A DNA stretch of 64,000 bases, from assembly GCA_020536535.1 (NCBI GenBank), contig JAHLWZ010000869.1, forward strand, positions 1,595-65,594, in the 5' to 3' direction. How positions within the stretch are numbered: the first letter of the stretch is position 1; each line of letters opens with the position of its first letter. The notes below the pieces were generated by a model. It was not told where the DNA came from and made no database searches. It saw nothing but the letters and a program-made list of their open reading frames with translations. The translations under genes were made by a program, and so were the position numbers. Source of the stretch: Pelomyxa schiedti. Lineage: Eukaryota > Protista > Evosea. Positions 13,844 to 25,230 of this stretch are shown here, one piece after another.

Positions 13844-15768
13844 TCATAACGATCCTGAACCTGGTGATGATTCTGAGGTTGGAGGGGGGTTGGATTTGGG
13901 CCGTTGTGTGCCTCCAGGACGTAGCTCAGTGGGCCTGTGGTCCTTTTTAATGTTCTTCTGCCGGGATCGCGTCTTCCGTTTCTAATAAGAAAAGGAAGGC
14001 ATTAGAATTGGAAAAACTTCACGAGTTGAGGGGGAAGTTACCTTAACAGGGAAAGCTTGTTTCGATGTGCCTGTGGTACAGGGTGGCCCGGGTGGAGGCC
14101 TCTTAGAGCCAACCAGTGTGATTGGATTAGGGGTTTCGTTGGTGTGGGTGGAAGGTGATATTGACCGTTGTGTTTCTATTGGCTTGTGTTGGGGAGTGGG
14201 AGGATTGGGTGTTGCGGGTATTGTGGGCGTTTCCAGTTGTTCACTATTGGAAGGCTCTATTTCGGTTGGTCTCTCTAATACTGTATTATGAGTTGGTTTT
14301 ACCTCGGATGTCACGTTGCGGGAGGTTTTTGTTGTATTAATAAATGCATTTGGAGAGCGGGGAGTGATGGAGAAAGTGTTTCTTAAAGGGAGAGGTTGAC
14401 TATGAATTGGCCTCTTGAAAACTGGCCGCTCTGTGATTGATTTCTGAAACACTGGCCGGCGTGATTGTGGAAAATATCGTTGGTTAGATTGATATTCGGT
14501 GTGTTGAGCCTTTTGGGTCGGAACCTCCTTGTTTCATGTTGTTTGAAATGGTGCAGAAGGAAAAAAAAAAAAAAAGAACTGACCTGGTCTTGTAATGTGT
14601 TATGCGTAGAAATAGGAATTGAGGGCGCTATCTTCTTTTTAGGAGCGATGCTTGCAGACCGGCTGAGAGATGTTACTATCGCTATAGTTGGATGATTTTA
14701 TTTCTTTTCAAGAACAAACCTATCAGGGTCTGGTTGTGCTTTTTCTGGGTTCTCCCATAGCTCCAATGCTGTTGGAGGCTTCTTTGCAGGTTCATTGTTA
14801 TTGTCACTGGGAGCTGCTGTACTTGGAGACACCTTCATGGTAATTGTATGTTGTATACCGCTTGCTAACTTCTCGGCTACACCTTGAACAGCGCTGATGT
14901 GTTGCAATTCCCGCAGCTCTTGTTTGTTGGCTCTTCTAAGTGTCTCTGCAAGTTTTGTGTTTGATACGGTATCACTTGCAGGAGCCAAATGTCGAGAGAA
15001 GCGGGCACCAAGTCCTACTCTATGTACAGTTGGAAATAATAATATGTGTTACCCTCTCCACGATTACCTTGGGGTTCTGATTTCATCAGGCTCGGAGTGA
15101 GCGATTGCATAAGCCAAGGTCGAGCCATCTCCGGTTTCATACGCACCCTCGTCCCCAATGCCTTCTGGGCCCATGGCCTTTTTCAACCACACATTGACGA
15201 GGTCCTCAGACGCATCAATCCCGCGAATCACAACCTTGCTTGGCTCCGTGTTAATTACAGGAGTCTGCCCTTGGGAGTTCTGAGCCACGGCACTTTGGGT
15301 GGTATTTTTTGTAGCAGCATCGCCGGAAGTGACACTGACGCCGGCGGCTTTTGCGGCAATAGCAGCGCGTTTTGCCAGCCTCTCTCGGTTTCGATCTTCG
15401 CGCTCCGCCCTCAATCTCTCCTCACGCTCCTTTTTACGCTCGGCGAGCGTACCCGGTAACGGCGCCATTCCCGCATCCGTACGGTCCAGCAACAAATCCG
15501 CACTGCTGGCCTTATCCAAGTGCCTTGCCCACGTACCCCGCATGCTTCTTCTGAATAAATTGCAGTATGAGATCTTCTGTATATTACAGCTTGCCTGCGA
15601 GGAGAACCTCGAATCGTTGCAGGGAACTGCTGTTTTGTGGAGTTCTTTTTCAACCCGAAAGCCGTTCCCCGTTCCTACGAGTTAAGTTCGTGAGGCCGTG
15701 ATCAGATCTGAGTCTCTGAGTCTCAGTTGCAATACAGTTGGAATTACGTCCACTATTTTTTCCTTCAT
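13844..15768 (-). CDS. Hypothetical multi-exon low-complexity protein with charged coiled coil and basic C-terminal motif
   Basis: ORFs 15064-15543, 14698-14988 and 13982-14452 join through GT-AG introns; last exon KRKTRSRQKNIKKDHRP. 5' exons uncertain. Confidence 0.5.
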
Positions 15769-16053
15769 TCACTTCAAGGGGGAAAAAATACAAAATTTAG
15801 GCCTTGTGAAAAAAACACCGCCCGTCGCCCACCGAATCTCCGTGTCGTCGTCTCGCCAAGGTACCAATGCCACCGTAATGGCGACACCAGTGTGTTGTTG
15901 ACGGCGCCGATGTGCCTCGTTGTTGTCGTTTTTTTTTTAATTTACTTTTTAATTTTTTTTTAATATTTTTTTTTTGCGTATCAACGCTGCCGTGGTTTTT
16001 TTTTTTTTGTGGTACCACAACGTCCGTTTGTTTACGATCGTTTTCATTTGCAG

Positions 16054-17031
16054 ATGAAGTACGATCACAAGAAGCTTGAGCTTCTCTCTGCCAACCGAAG
16101 ACGCAAGATAAAGGGACACTTCTGGCTTTCGAGAGTTGGCAAAGCCATCAAAGCGGTATGTTCTCTTCGCCCTTGTATGGCAGTAGGAGTAAGCCTAAGC
16201 GTTTGTGAAGAAACAAGCAGCTGCCAAGGAGGTCGCAGCAAAGAAAGCAGCAGAGACCAAAAAGGTAGAAGCAGAGGCAAAGAAGGATCAAACACCCGTG
16301 GTTGAGAAAGACGCAAAAACCAAGGGAAAGAGCCACCCCTCCAAGAAGAAGTTGGACAGAATTAAGCGCCACCAAGTCGAGCACTGCAAAAAAATGCAGT
16401 TGAAGGCAACTGCCGCGAGGTTAGCTTTCCCCCTTGCTTTGGTTGTATTAAATTCCTTTTACAGAACCCATCGCGCCAAATTGAGGAAGTCTCTCAGGAA
16501 GGGAACCGTTGTAATCATTCTCACCGGAACCTTCAAGGGACGCCGCGCCATTTTCCTCAAACAACTCAAGTCCGGCCTCTGCCTTATCACCGGACCTTAC
16601 GCCTTGAACGGTGTTCCCCTTAGGAGGATTAACCAACGATTTTTGATTGCCACACATACCAGGGTAAGTTTTCACCCTGTGCCGCTTTTTTTTACTCAAC
16701 AAAATTAACCTTTTTAGGTCGCCCTCAAGGGAGTTAAGATTCCCCACAAGTTCAATGATAAGTACTTCGCCAGGATCACCAACAGACAGGAGAAGAAAAA
16801 TGAGACCAACTTCTTCTCTGAAGTGGTTTGTTTTCCATTTGCTCTTTTTTTCGGCTAGTAACATCCACACAGGCACCCAAGAAGAGGCTCGCTCCTTCTT
16901 CCGTAGCAGACATTGCTGCTTTTGACAAGCTCGTGATGCCAATCATTGAGAAGGTCCCATTCCTTCCCCAGTACCTCAAGTCCACTTTCTCCCTGAGGCA
17001 CGGTGAGAGACCACACCTCCTTAAGTTCTAA
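16054..17031 (+). CDS. RPL6: 60S ribosomal protein L6 (eL6)
   Basis: [59 protein letters not shown]; C-terminus [20 protein letters not shown] small upstream exon is possible. Confidence 0.95.
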
Positions 17032-17140
17032 GAGAGTTTGTTTTCTTTCTTTCCTGTTTGCAAGAGACTTGTTTCGAAAGAATAGTTTGTTCCTTAGACA
17101 AAATTTCTTTTGATGGAGTACCAACAACTTTTTTGTTGTA

Positions 17141-19930
17141 TTACGAGTCGTTGGTTGAGGCACAAGGAAACTCTGAGAATTCCAGGATGGGTGTTGGTGT
17201 TTCTGGTCCCTCATCCTCAGTTGAAGTGCTGCTAGAGTTCTCGCAGGAGTCGGTATCAGTATCGGAACCGGGTTCGGGGTCTGTATCCTCTTCTTCCTCT
17301 ACAAATGCTATTTCGGATTCGGTGTCCGATGAGCTGCTGGCTTCCGCTTTTTCGGGTTCTGGTTCTGCTGGTTCTGGTTCTGGTGTGGGCACTGGATTTT
17401 GTGCTGGGGGTACAGTATTCTGTGGTATTGTAGTTGCAGAGAGAGCCGGCTGTGGTGGATTTAGTTCGGGTTGAGTTGAGCTTTCCGGTTGGGGCAGTTT
17501 TAGTCCGGCCTGTGGGTCTGGTTTAGATACCGGCTGTGATGGTTCTGCTTTTGGGGTATCTACTGCAGCTACAATAGGCGGCTGACTAGCACTTGGTAGC
17601 CGAGGTTGTTTGGCCGGATGTGACTTTTTTGTGGGAAGCTTGGGTTCTGCCGGTTTCTTTGGTTTTGGAGGTTCTTTCTTAGGAGCTTTTTGCTTGAGTG
17701 CCCTGAGGTTTGCAGCTAGCTTTTTCCTTTCTTTCTTCGAAAGTTTTGTTGGTGTGGGATTTGTGCTTACTGGAGAACCTGTGGCACCATCTGCTGTTTC
17801 TGACTTGGATGCTGCGTTCTGAGGGTTTACCGTTTTTGTCTGAGGTTTCTTGTGTGACTTTGGGTGGTGGGCTGCCTTTTGCTTGCGGGGTTCAACAGGC
17901 TTGCCCTTTTTTGTTATTTTGCTTAGTTGTGCTAACTGTTGCTGGTTGACTCCCATCAATTTGCTTAGAGTCATCCTCTTGATGTTGATAAATCTTCCAA
18001 CCTTACAAGGAGATGGATTTTCATTAACAAGCAAGCAAGGTAAGGAGACAGATGATGTCCAATCCAACAGGCTGCCACAATCTGGTACACTAATGATAAT
18101 AAGAGCTGTAGGGAGGATGGAATGCTCGTAATAGGAACGTATAATACGAATGACTTCATCAAAAAAGACAACAGATTCTTCTTTCGAATTGGAAAAGCAA
18201 ACAGGCTGAAGATAAAAATGAGGAAAAGTGAGATTCTTGAATTGTACCTTGACCCAACTAGCTGATCTTAGTGTTTCTCTGGCGAGTGTATTGAGACTCC
18301 GTAGGAAGATCACACATTCCAGATCAGAAATAGGCTGCTGAGTGATGCCGCGCGCTGCATTCATCAAGTTTGTTTTAAATTTGTCTAAGTTACTCCTGTT
18401 CCCTTCAGGTTTATCACTACCAAAGGCCGCGTTGACTAGGCCTGGTGGAATATTCCAAAGCACGATGGGATGTAAAAGTCTCAATGGTCGTTGGATTTGA
18501 TACATGTTTGGGTACTGTGGAGTTGTTGGAAAGGCGGAATACTGGGCGGCTTGACTAAATAGTTGTGGGTTACCCTGAGAAGGGGGAAAGTATAAATTAG
18601 GCTGAGGAGCGGGCTGAAATGAGGCAGAACGGTTTTGTGATGTAACAGCATTTTCCTGTGCCGGTTGTGTTGGGGAGAATTGTGATGCAGGCGTTTGACC
18701 TTGGATACAAGGTTGAGAACCCAACGTTTGAGGGGACTCTGAGGCACAGGATGTAGATTGAGTAGGAATCTGAGGCTGCATTTGTACTTGAGTATTAGGA
18801 CTTGAAATCCCAATTTCAGTCAAATTTGCATTTGCCACCTGCTTCTGTTGCTGTTGTTGGTCGTTTACTCCAACAAGAGGGGTCTGGGACTGAACTTGAG
18901 ACGTAGGAGGTTGGGGTTGCATCTGGTTCTGGAAAGAAGAGGTAGGTTCCAGGCTCTGTGATGGATACACATTCGTTGGGGTTCCGCGTGACAAGTCGTT
19001 CTGCTGGAACATTGGCGAGAAATTACCGGGTGCACCTTGAAATTGATCAGGCCTGGGCCAACTGGATGCCTGGTAATTTGTGGGAGTCTGAAACATTGGC
19101 TGTGAAAAAGTAGGAGGAGGAGGCATAGAACCAGGCACAAACGGGGGATTGCTATTACTGTTTGTACTACTATACAGCTGCTGGAACTGCTGTTGCTGCT
19201 GCTGCAGTATATTGTTATTATGGGATTGCTGCTGTTGGTGCTGATGTGGCTGTTGTTGGTGAGCTTGGTTACGTTGTTGCTGGGGCTGGAAATGGGCTTG
19301 GTTGTGTGCCTTTTTGGGGTTGGCGTTTGGGGCGGCGTTGTTTCCGCCGCCGGGGTGATTTGGGCGGGTCGGGGGCAGCTCGTACTCGAGGGTCACGCGG
19401 GCGCCGTCGATGAGGACCGGGGACGCGGCGAGGGCCCGCTGGGCGTCCTCGGGCGCCAGGAAGTTCACGAGGGCGTGGTTGCGGGGGCGAAGGCACACAG
19501 ACCTCAGGGCGCCGAACTGGCTGAAGAACCCGCGCAGGGATTCCTGGGTGCAGTTGGGACCAAGGCCGGACGCCCACAGGCCCTGTGGTGTTTAAATACA
19601 AGAATTAGTAGGCAACGGGCCCAATTTGCCGCCAGACAGAGCGACTTGTGAATTGTGACACGGTACTTACCCGCTGCGGCGATGTGCTAGAAACAAGTGA
19701 CATGTTGGGGAACAATAAAACCAACTTGCTTAATACTTTCCCTGAAATGATGCACGGAGAATGACTTAATGGAAGGAGCTCCAGAACAAATAACAAACCC
19801 AACACAGGAGTTGGATGCCTTGCGACCCTGGGCTATATTACACCATCAGATGGATCCCACACCCAGTGCTAGGTTTAGTGGCCTCTCCAATTTTCAACAA
19901 AGGACTTCGAAATAAGAAACAACTTGCATT
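17141..19930 (-). CDS. RRM-containing protein with Gln/Pro-rich regions, a degenerate NYN/PIN-like domain and an acidic tail
   Basis: RRM: LWASGLGPNCTQESLRGFFSQFGALRSV...HALVNFLAPEDAQRAL. Long exon 17141-19595. 5' exons uncertain. Confidence 0.7.
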
Positions 19931-19956
19931 TCGTTAGAGCGGATGCAATACACCTG

Positions 19957-20302
19957 TGCAACAAAAACCAAATAAAAAAATGCAAAAAATGTTCCGGGAG
20001 TTTGATCCCTTGCAACCCTTGGCGATATTACCCCACGTTCCAATTGTGGGGGAACTCGTCCTCTTTGCGACTTGCTCGCCCGAGGGCCGGTCTCGCCAGA
20101 ACTGGAAACTTCGTCCTCCTAAATGGTGTATGTAGTTGCGCGTCCACGTTATATTTGTCCTCCAAATCTTCTTAATTTGATGCATGTATGTTTCCAGTTC
20201 TCGGTCCGCAGTGGCCACTAAGGGCTCCCAGAACCTCTGTAACAATCACTCTTTGTGATCCCGTGTTTTGGAGGATGATTCCTCCGAAACCGTACTTGTG
20301 GG
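19957..20302 (-). repeat. Dispersed repeat copy 2 (inverted relative to 5405-5765)
   Basis: Reverse complement aligns to 5405-5765 with long identical blocks; followed by oligo(T) on the minus strand. Confidence 0.85.
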
Positions 20303-20689
20303 TGGTATTTTCTCGTACCGAAATTCCCCTTCTACAAATTGTCTGCCGAGAAGTGGTTAACGGATGCTGCTTGTGTCCCTGTGTGATGTGTGCCGTCCTG
20401 TGGTACGGTACATCTACTGAGAAGATTAGACTTTCGTTGAGTGGTCCTGCAAATGATGACAGTTAAAAAAAAGGAGGTGATGGCTGCGAAAGTGGGCCGT
20501 GCGGGTACGTACATGAGTACCGTTGCCTTTGTGGTTGATTCCGACGTTTCTCTTTGTTGAGTGAATCTGGATACCTGCCAACAACTAGGAACCAAAGAGA
20601 GTGGGTTTGCACTAACTAATCATAAAACCTTGTCAATGGACTGGGGGCACGAGCGTGGTGCATTTATTTATGGAACTGCAGATGGCTCC

Positions 20690-21350
20690 ACTTTGAAAAT
20701 TAAGTTCATATTCGCGTTGGCCAAAGTTGAGCACACAATTGATGGTGTTGAAGCACTTCCAAAGGTGAGAATGGTTATGCCTTAGCTCTCTTCCCGTACG
20801 CATACACATGCCATGAAAATACTACCGCATCAAGGAGTTTGTGTTCCTTCATTTGCCACTTGAATTGTCCAGGTTGGCCGTTATCCTAGTGTCAAGCTCT
20901 CCAATACCAATTCAGGAACAGGTTTATCGAACGGAGTTTTACTGAAGGATCACAACCAACAACCCCTGTATTCACCTTTCTTTTTTTTTTTTTTTTTTTC
21001 AAAGCCTAAAAGTGTGTCTTTGTGAACGGAAACTACCTTATCAGAGTTGCAGAAAAAATACTCATCTCTGGAATTCCCCAATTCTTTGAGGGAAAAAATT
21101 CGGCAAATTACATGACTTGTGTTGTTCAACAAACATGCCCTCCATACATTAACCATAGTCCGTTCTTCATCACTTCCGTTCAGCATTAATTAATTAACCT
21201 TCTTTGTTAATTTTCTTCCTCCTGACCCTTATTCTTTGGGGTGAGCATATTACTTCACAGTGAAACATCTCAGATCACGGATCACCTTCTCTTCCCATTA
21301 AGATTAAACTGGGGGCATCACTTCACACTTTGGAAAACTAGCATAACCAA
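20690..21350 (+). pseudogene. Decayed partial duplicate of the 5' region of ATG2
   Basis: 20723-20752 is a 30-nt exact reverse complement of 13094-13123 (KVEHTIDGVE). Further collinear matches: ~20872-20930 to ~12790-12847, ~21030-21090 to ~12020-12080, ~21255-21310 to ~11570-11625. Frameshift/stop near 20783 and large deletions. Confidence 0.75.
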
Positions 21351-21704
21351 TTTCACAACGAAATTCTCTGGCACGTTGCACTGAACTCATTGAAAGCTAA
21401 AGAAGCTAAGCAACGCAAAGAACAGTACAGGTGGCCATTTCAATTACTTTTTTTTAACTGAGCACAACAAGGACCCGAGTACCAGATGATACATGGCAGT
21501 TTCTGATGTTCTAGTCAAGGCAAGAGAAGAGGGCTGAGGAAAAAACTGAATGTAAGCACAGAATGGCAAAGGTGTGGTACTACTTGCTATGCCCACCGGG
21601 AATACATCGCCAAACACGCACAAAACAACGGGAGTATACTCCCATCTGTAGGTGGAAAAAAAATCACCAAGAACATTCTTCTTTTAGTTCATAGGGGCCG
21701 CCCA

Positions 21705-23673
21705 TTATGTGTTGTTGCTGTTTTGGCTGTGAGTTGTGGTGCTTGTGGTATTAGAAGTACTAGGATTTGATGTGGTTGAGGTTTCAAAACGGAGTACTAT
21801 CACGGCCAGGTCATCTGCGATTTGGCCAGTTGCCGGGGCTTTTCTTTTTGCAGCCTGAGCGACGTTGGTGGCGGCTTCGTAAGGGTCAGTGTATTTCTTG
21901 GCAATGTCAATCACTTCCTGAATTGAAGTTAGGAGTGTAGCTGCATGAATGATTGTTGGTTGGTTGACCTGATTTCCAAGTAAGTTCCAGATTCCATTAG
22001 ACGCGACTACCATGAGGGAGTCGTGTTCTTGCAAGTGCACGCAAATCACTTCGGGTGTTGCGCTCAAGTATTTTATTGGTGTTTTGTACTCGCGAACCCC
22101 AATCACACGTGTCACAGGCATCGTTTTTCTGTAAAAGCAGAGTAAACCCTGAAAAAGGTAGGAGGTAGTGTGGTTGCCTGCAAAGAGTAGGTCTAGAGAC
22201 CCTGCGTGATCGAACCCTCCTTAACTCATCAAACACTTCGACAAGTCTCCCCCCAGCTGCCTGAATTCTTTCCGCTTCATCAGCACGCTTTGGTGTATGA
22301 TCCTCTGTTAGCGGTTCGGCTACTTCACTTCTGAATGTAACGTTAATGCAAGAGTTGGCTGTAACTGGTGTACCTGCATAGAACCGCTCTACAGTCTCCA
22401 AGGTGGGCTATATACAGTGTCATTACACCCATGTGCTGCTGACTCAAAACTATCAAGGCTGCTGCACCACTATTATTATTCATTTTTTCAGCGCGCACAA
22501 GGAAATTAGCTTCAACGGCAGAAAATGAATCAAGCAGCACTTGCTTCACCATATCCTCCCAGCAGTCACGGATTTGCTTTTCATTGTTTTCTCCCTCTTC
22601 AGTGTTTGTGACAGTGGCAGTACTACTAGCAGCAGCGTCTGAATGTCCAGTTGGCTTGCTGGTGGTTGCGTCACCAACACTAGAATCCAACGATAGGCGT
22701 GGTGGCATTGCATCTTGTTGACTGGAGGGAATGTTCTGCTTCTCACACAAGAACTTACTTCTGGCTTCATCATAACGTGTTTCAAAGATTTTGTGCATCA
22801 CTCCACCAAGATAGCTGAAGAAAGTTACAACGTGAAAATTATCAATCCCTCAACCAAAAAGGAAAAAAAAGGGAAGAGAGGGAAGTTAATAGTAATGATA
22901 CCGAGAACAATCACTCCCGTCACGCCCTCCGAAAACAGCATTGTACAGAAGCATACTTGGCAAGTTTTGGCCTCCAATGATTATGCCACAAACTACAGTA
23001 TCTTCTGGAGCATACACTTTCATGGCCTCAAAACACCACCCTGAAACCACATTACGGATTCCGCCGTACATGGTGCAAGTGGAACTGTGTGCGCAGATGG
23101 GTACCTGATAATCTATTTCTGGGGCTGACTTCGAGGCTGCGTCGGCTACGCAAGTTGACAATTGCAATTGTGGCTGGGGAGCGTCAGGGACCTCAATGCG
23201 GGGAGTTGTGGCGCGCTCGACTTCGTCACATACAAGCGATGTAGTTGCAGGTTCAACATCTTTGGGCACGCCGACCGCTGCGGTCGCGGGACCACCGGCG
23301 TCGGTCTCTCCTCATTGTATTCTGGGATTGTGATGACACCAGTTGTAGGACTTGTTGCAGGCGACGTGCTCACAGGATCCGTTGTACATGCCCTCGCCGG
23401 AGTAGCACTAGATGTACTTTGCCCTTGTTGTAAGTCGGCTGATGTTGGTTCTTGCGAAGATGTCGGTTCCTGAGAAGATCTTGCTGCGCTGGTGATCTCG
23501 GGGGCATCGTCGATGGGAGGAGAAACTGGCTTCGTTATGGGTTGTGTGCCGGGATCGGGGCCAGCATCTCCCACTCTGGTTCTCTTAGATTCACTCGCAC
23601 CGACGAGATCTCGCGCTTCAATCGATGGGGGCCTCTTTTGCGGGTGTTGTTCCCTGTTGTCGCCTCGGTGCAT
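21705..23673 (-). CDS. PP2C-fold protein, probable pseudophosphatase, with Pro/Thr/Ser-rich N-terminus
   Basis: LYIAHLGDCRAVLCR, LTEDHTPKRADEAERIQAAGG, LSATPEV, ADDLAVIVLRF. The DGHGG and SDGLWD motifs read GGRDG and SNGIWN. Confidence 0.85.
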
Positions 23674-23899
23674 CGTCTCGTATTTATTGTTTTGTTTTGT
23701 TTTGAAGAATCTTTTTCTGGTTCTTTCTTTCTTTTTTTTTTTTTGATGTCAAAAGTGTCAAAAGCACTTGCGTACCCATCCGGAATCGGTACCTGCTCCA
23801 AGTTGTCCGCACAGACACAGACACAGCACCCACAAAACACCAGTAGGTTCTAAAGTGATTTGGAGTGTTTGGTTTGTTGAAAAAAATCAGAATTTTACA

Positions 23900-24900
23900 T
23901 TAGAGGAGCTTGTGAACAAACTCCTCATAAGATATCTTCCCATCGTGATTGACATCAACCATGGCGAACAGTTCATCAACTTCGGCATCGGTCATTCTAT
24001 CACTGTGGAAGAATTGGTGCATGGATGAAAAGTGATCCCAAATTACCTCCGTGAAGTAAGGACTTTCCTCAATTCAGCCACAGATATAGTTCCATCCTTA
24101 TCCTGAGGTGTGGTGAGTTTGCATTGCCATTCAATTTTTTAATACCAAGTCAAACACGGCAAAAGCCTTCCGGAGATTCCTTTCCTCCTTTTCTTTAGTG
24201 GGAATCCCCCTATGCAGTACAATTTGAACAAACTCCTCCCAACTCAATTGCCCATCCTGGAAAAGTTGAGTGGTAACACAAAAGTAAAGGTGAAATTATA
24301 CATGATTTTTATCCCATGCCCACATTATGCACTGTAACATGTGGTTGGACGGGTTATCACCAAGTCTTCTCATCAACGCAGGCAGTTCTTGCATAGATAT
24401 GTAGCCGTTATGGTCTGTATCACATGCTGCAAATAGTTCCCGTAGTCTTGCTTCTTGGTCACTGGAGAGAGCAAGAGACTTGGGAGGAAGGGAAAAGTGT
24501 TATTTATTGGAAATTCTTCGACGGGTACACACAGAAGTTATTGGGTGTAACTCCATAAATGAAAGAACAGCCTTGCAAGCTGATTCAGCATTATGAAACC
24601 ACGCCAGCTCCGTTTCTGGGGTAAGTGCCTTCCCCTTCTCAATCAACTACTACCTCCACAACAAATAAAAAAAAAGAAAGAAAACAAACCCGGATAAATA
24701 AAAAGAGAAAAAATGGGGAACAACAAGTAAAACAAGGTTAGGAGCAATAAGAAAAAACTGTGGGACCAAACCCCATCCAGTCTCGTTATTGCCGCCTTTG
24801 CCTGCCGCAGTACTTGTGAGTCACAAGTCGTGTCTGACTCCCTCGCGATGTCGACCGTAAACTGCGCCAACAATTTCTTTGTGGTTTCTAGTTGGTCCAT
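23900..24900 (-). CDS. Calmodulin-like protein with four EF-hands and an N-terminal helical extension
   Basis: EF loops after splicing: DTDHNGYISMQE, DKNHDGQLSWEE, DLDKDGTISVAE, DVNHDGKISYEE. Confidence 0.8.
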
Positions 24901-25230
24901 GTACGTGTCGTGTCGCTCGTGTGTCGTGTTTCCGGCCACCAACCAACGTGTCGCGTACGCACCACACTTCACACAACCAACAATTCTCGTTTAGTTTGCG
25001 AAATTGAAACGTGGAAAAAAAAAACTCAGATTTGCGAGATTTGAGGTCAGTGTCGTAACTCAGAGGACATACTGTGATATCAGCACGTTATTTGGTAAGG
25101 GTGTAAAATTGCTTAAAGTCCGGAACCCATTGTCCTTCAGAATACAACTATGGGTCATAAAATACAACAAGGACACACAACAAATTTTTTTCTGGTGTGA
25201 TTTTTTTTCAGGCCCCTTGCCTATGGGTAT

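Noticed and set aside
15650-15768. Similarity to the Tma46/ZC3H15 N-terminus (KIVDE..FGLKK)
   Set aside because: Depends on an uncertain splice, and no CCCH fingers follow.
19991-20015. tRNA B-box-like GGAGTTTGATCCC
   Set aside because: Not conserved in the other copy; no A-box or cloverleaf.
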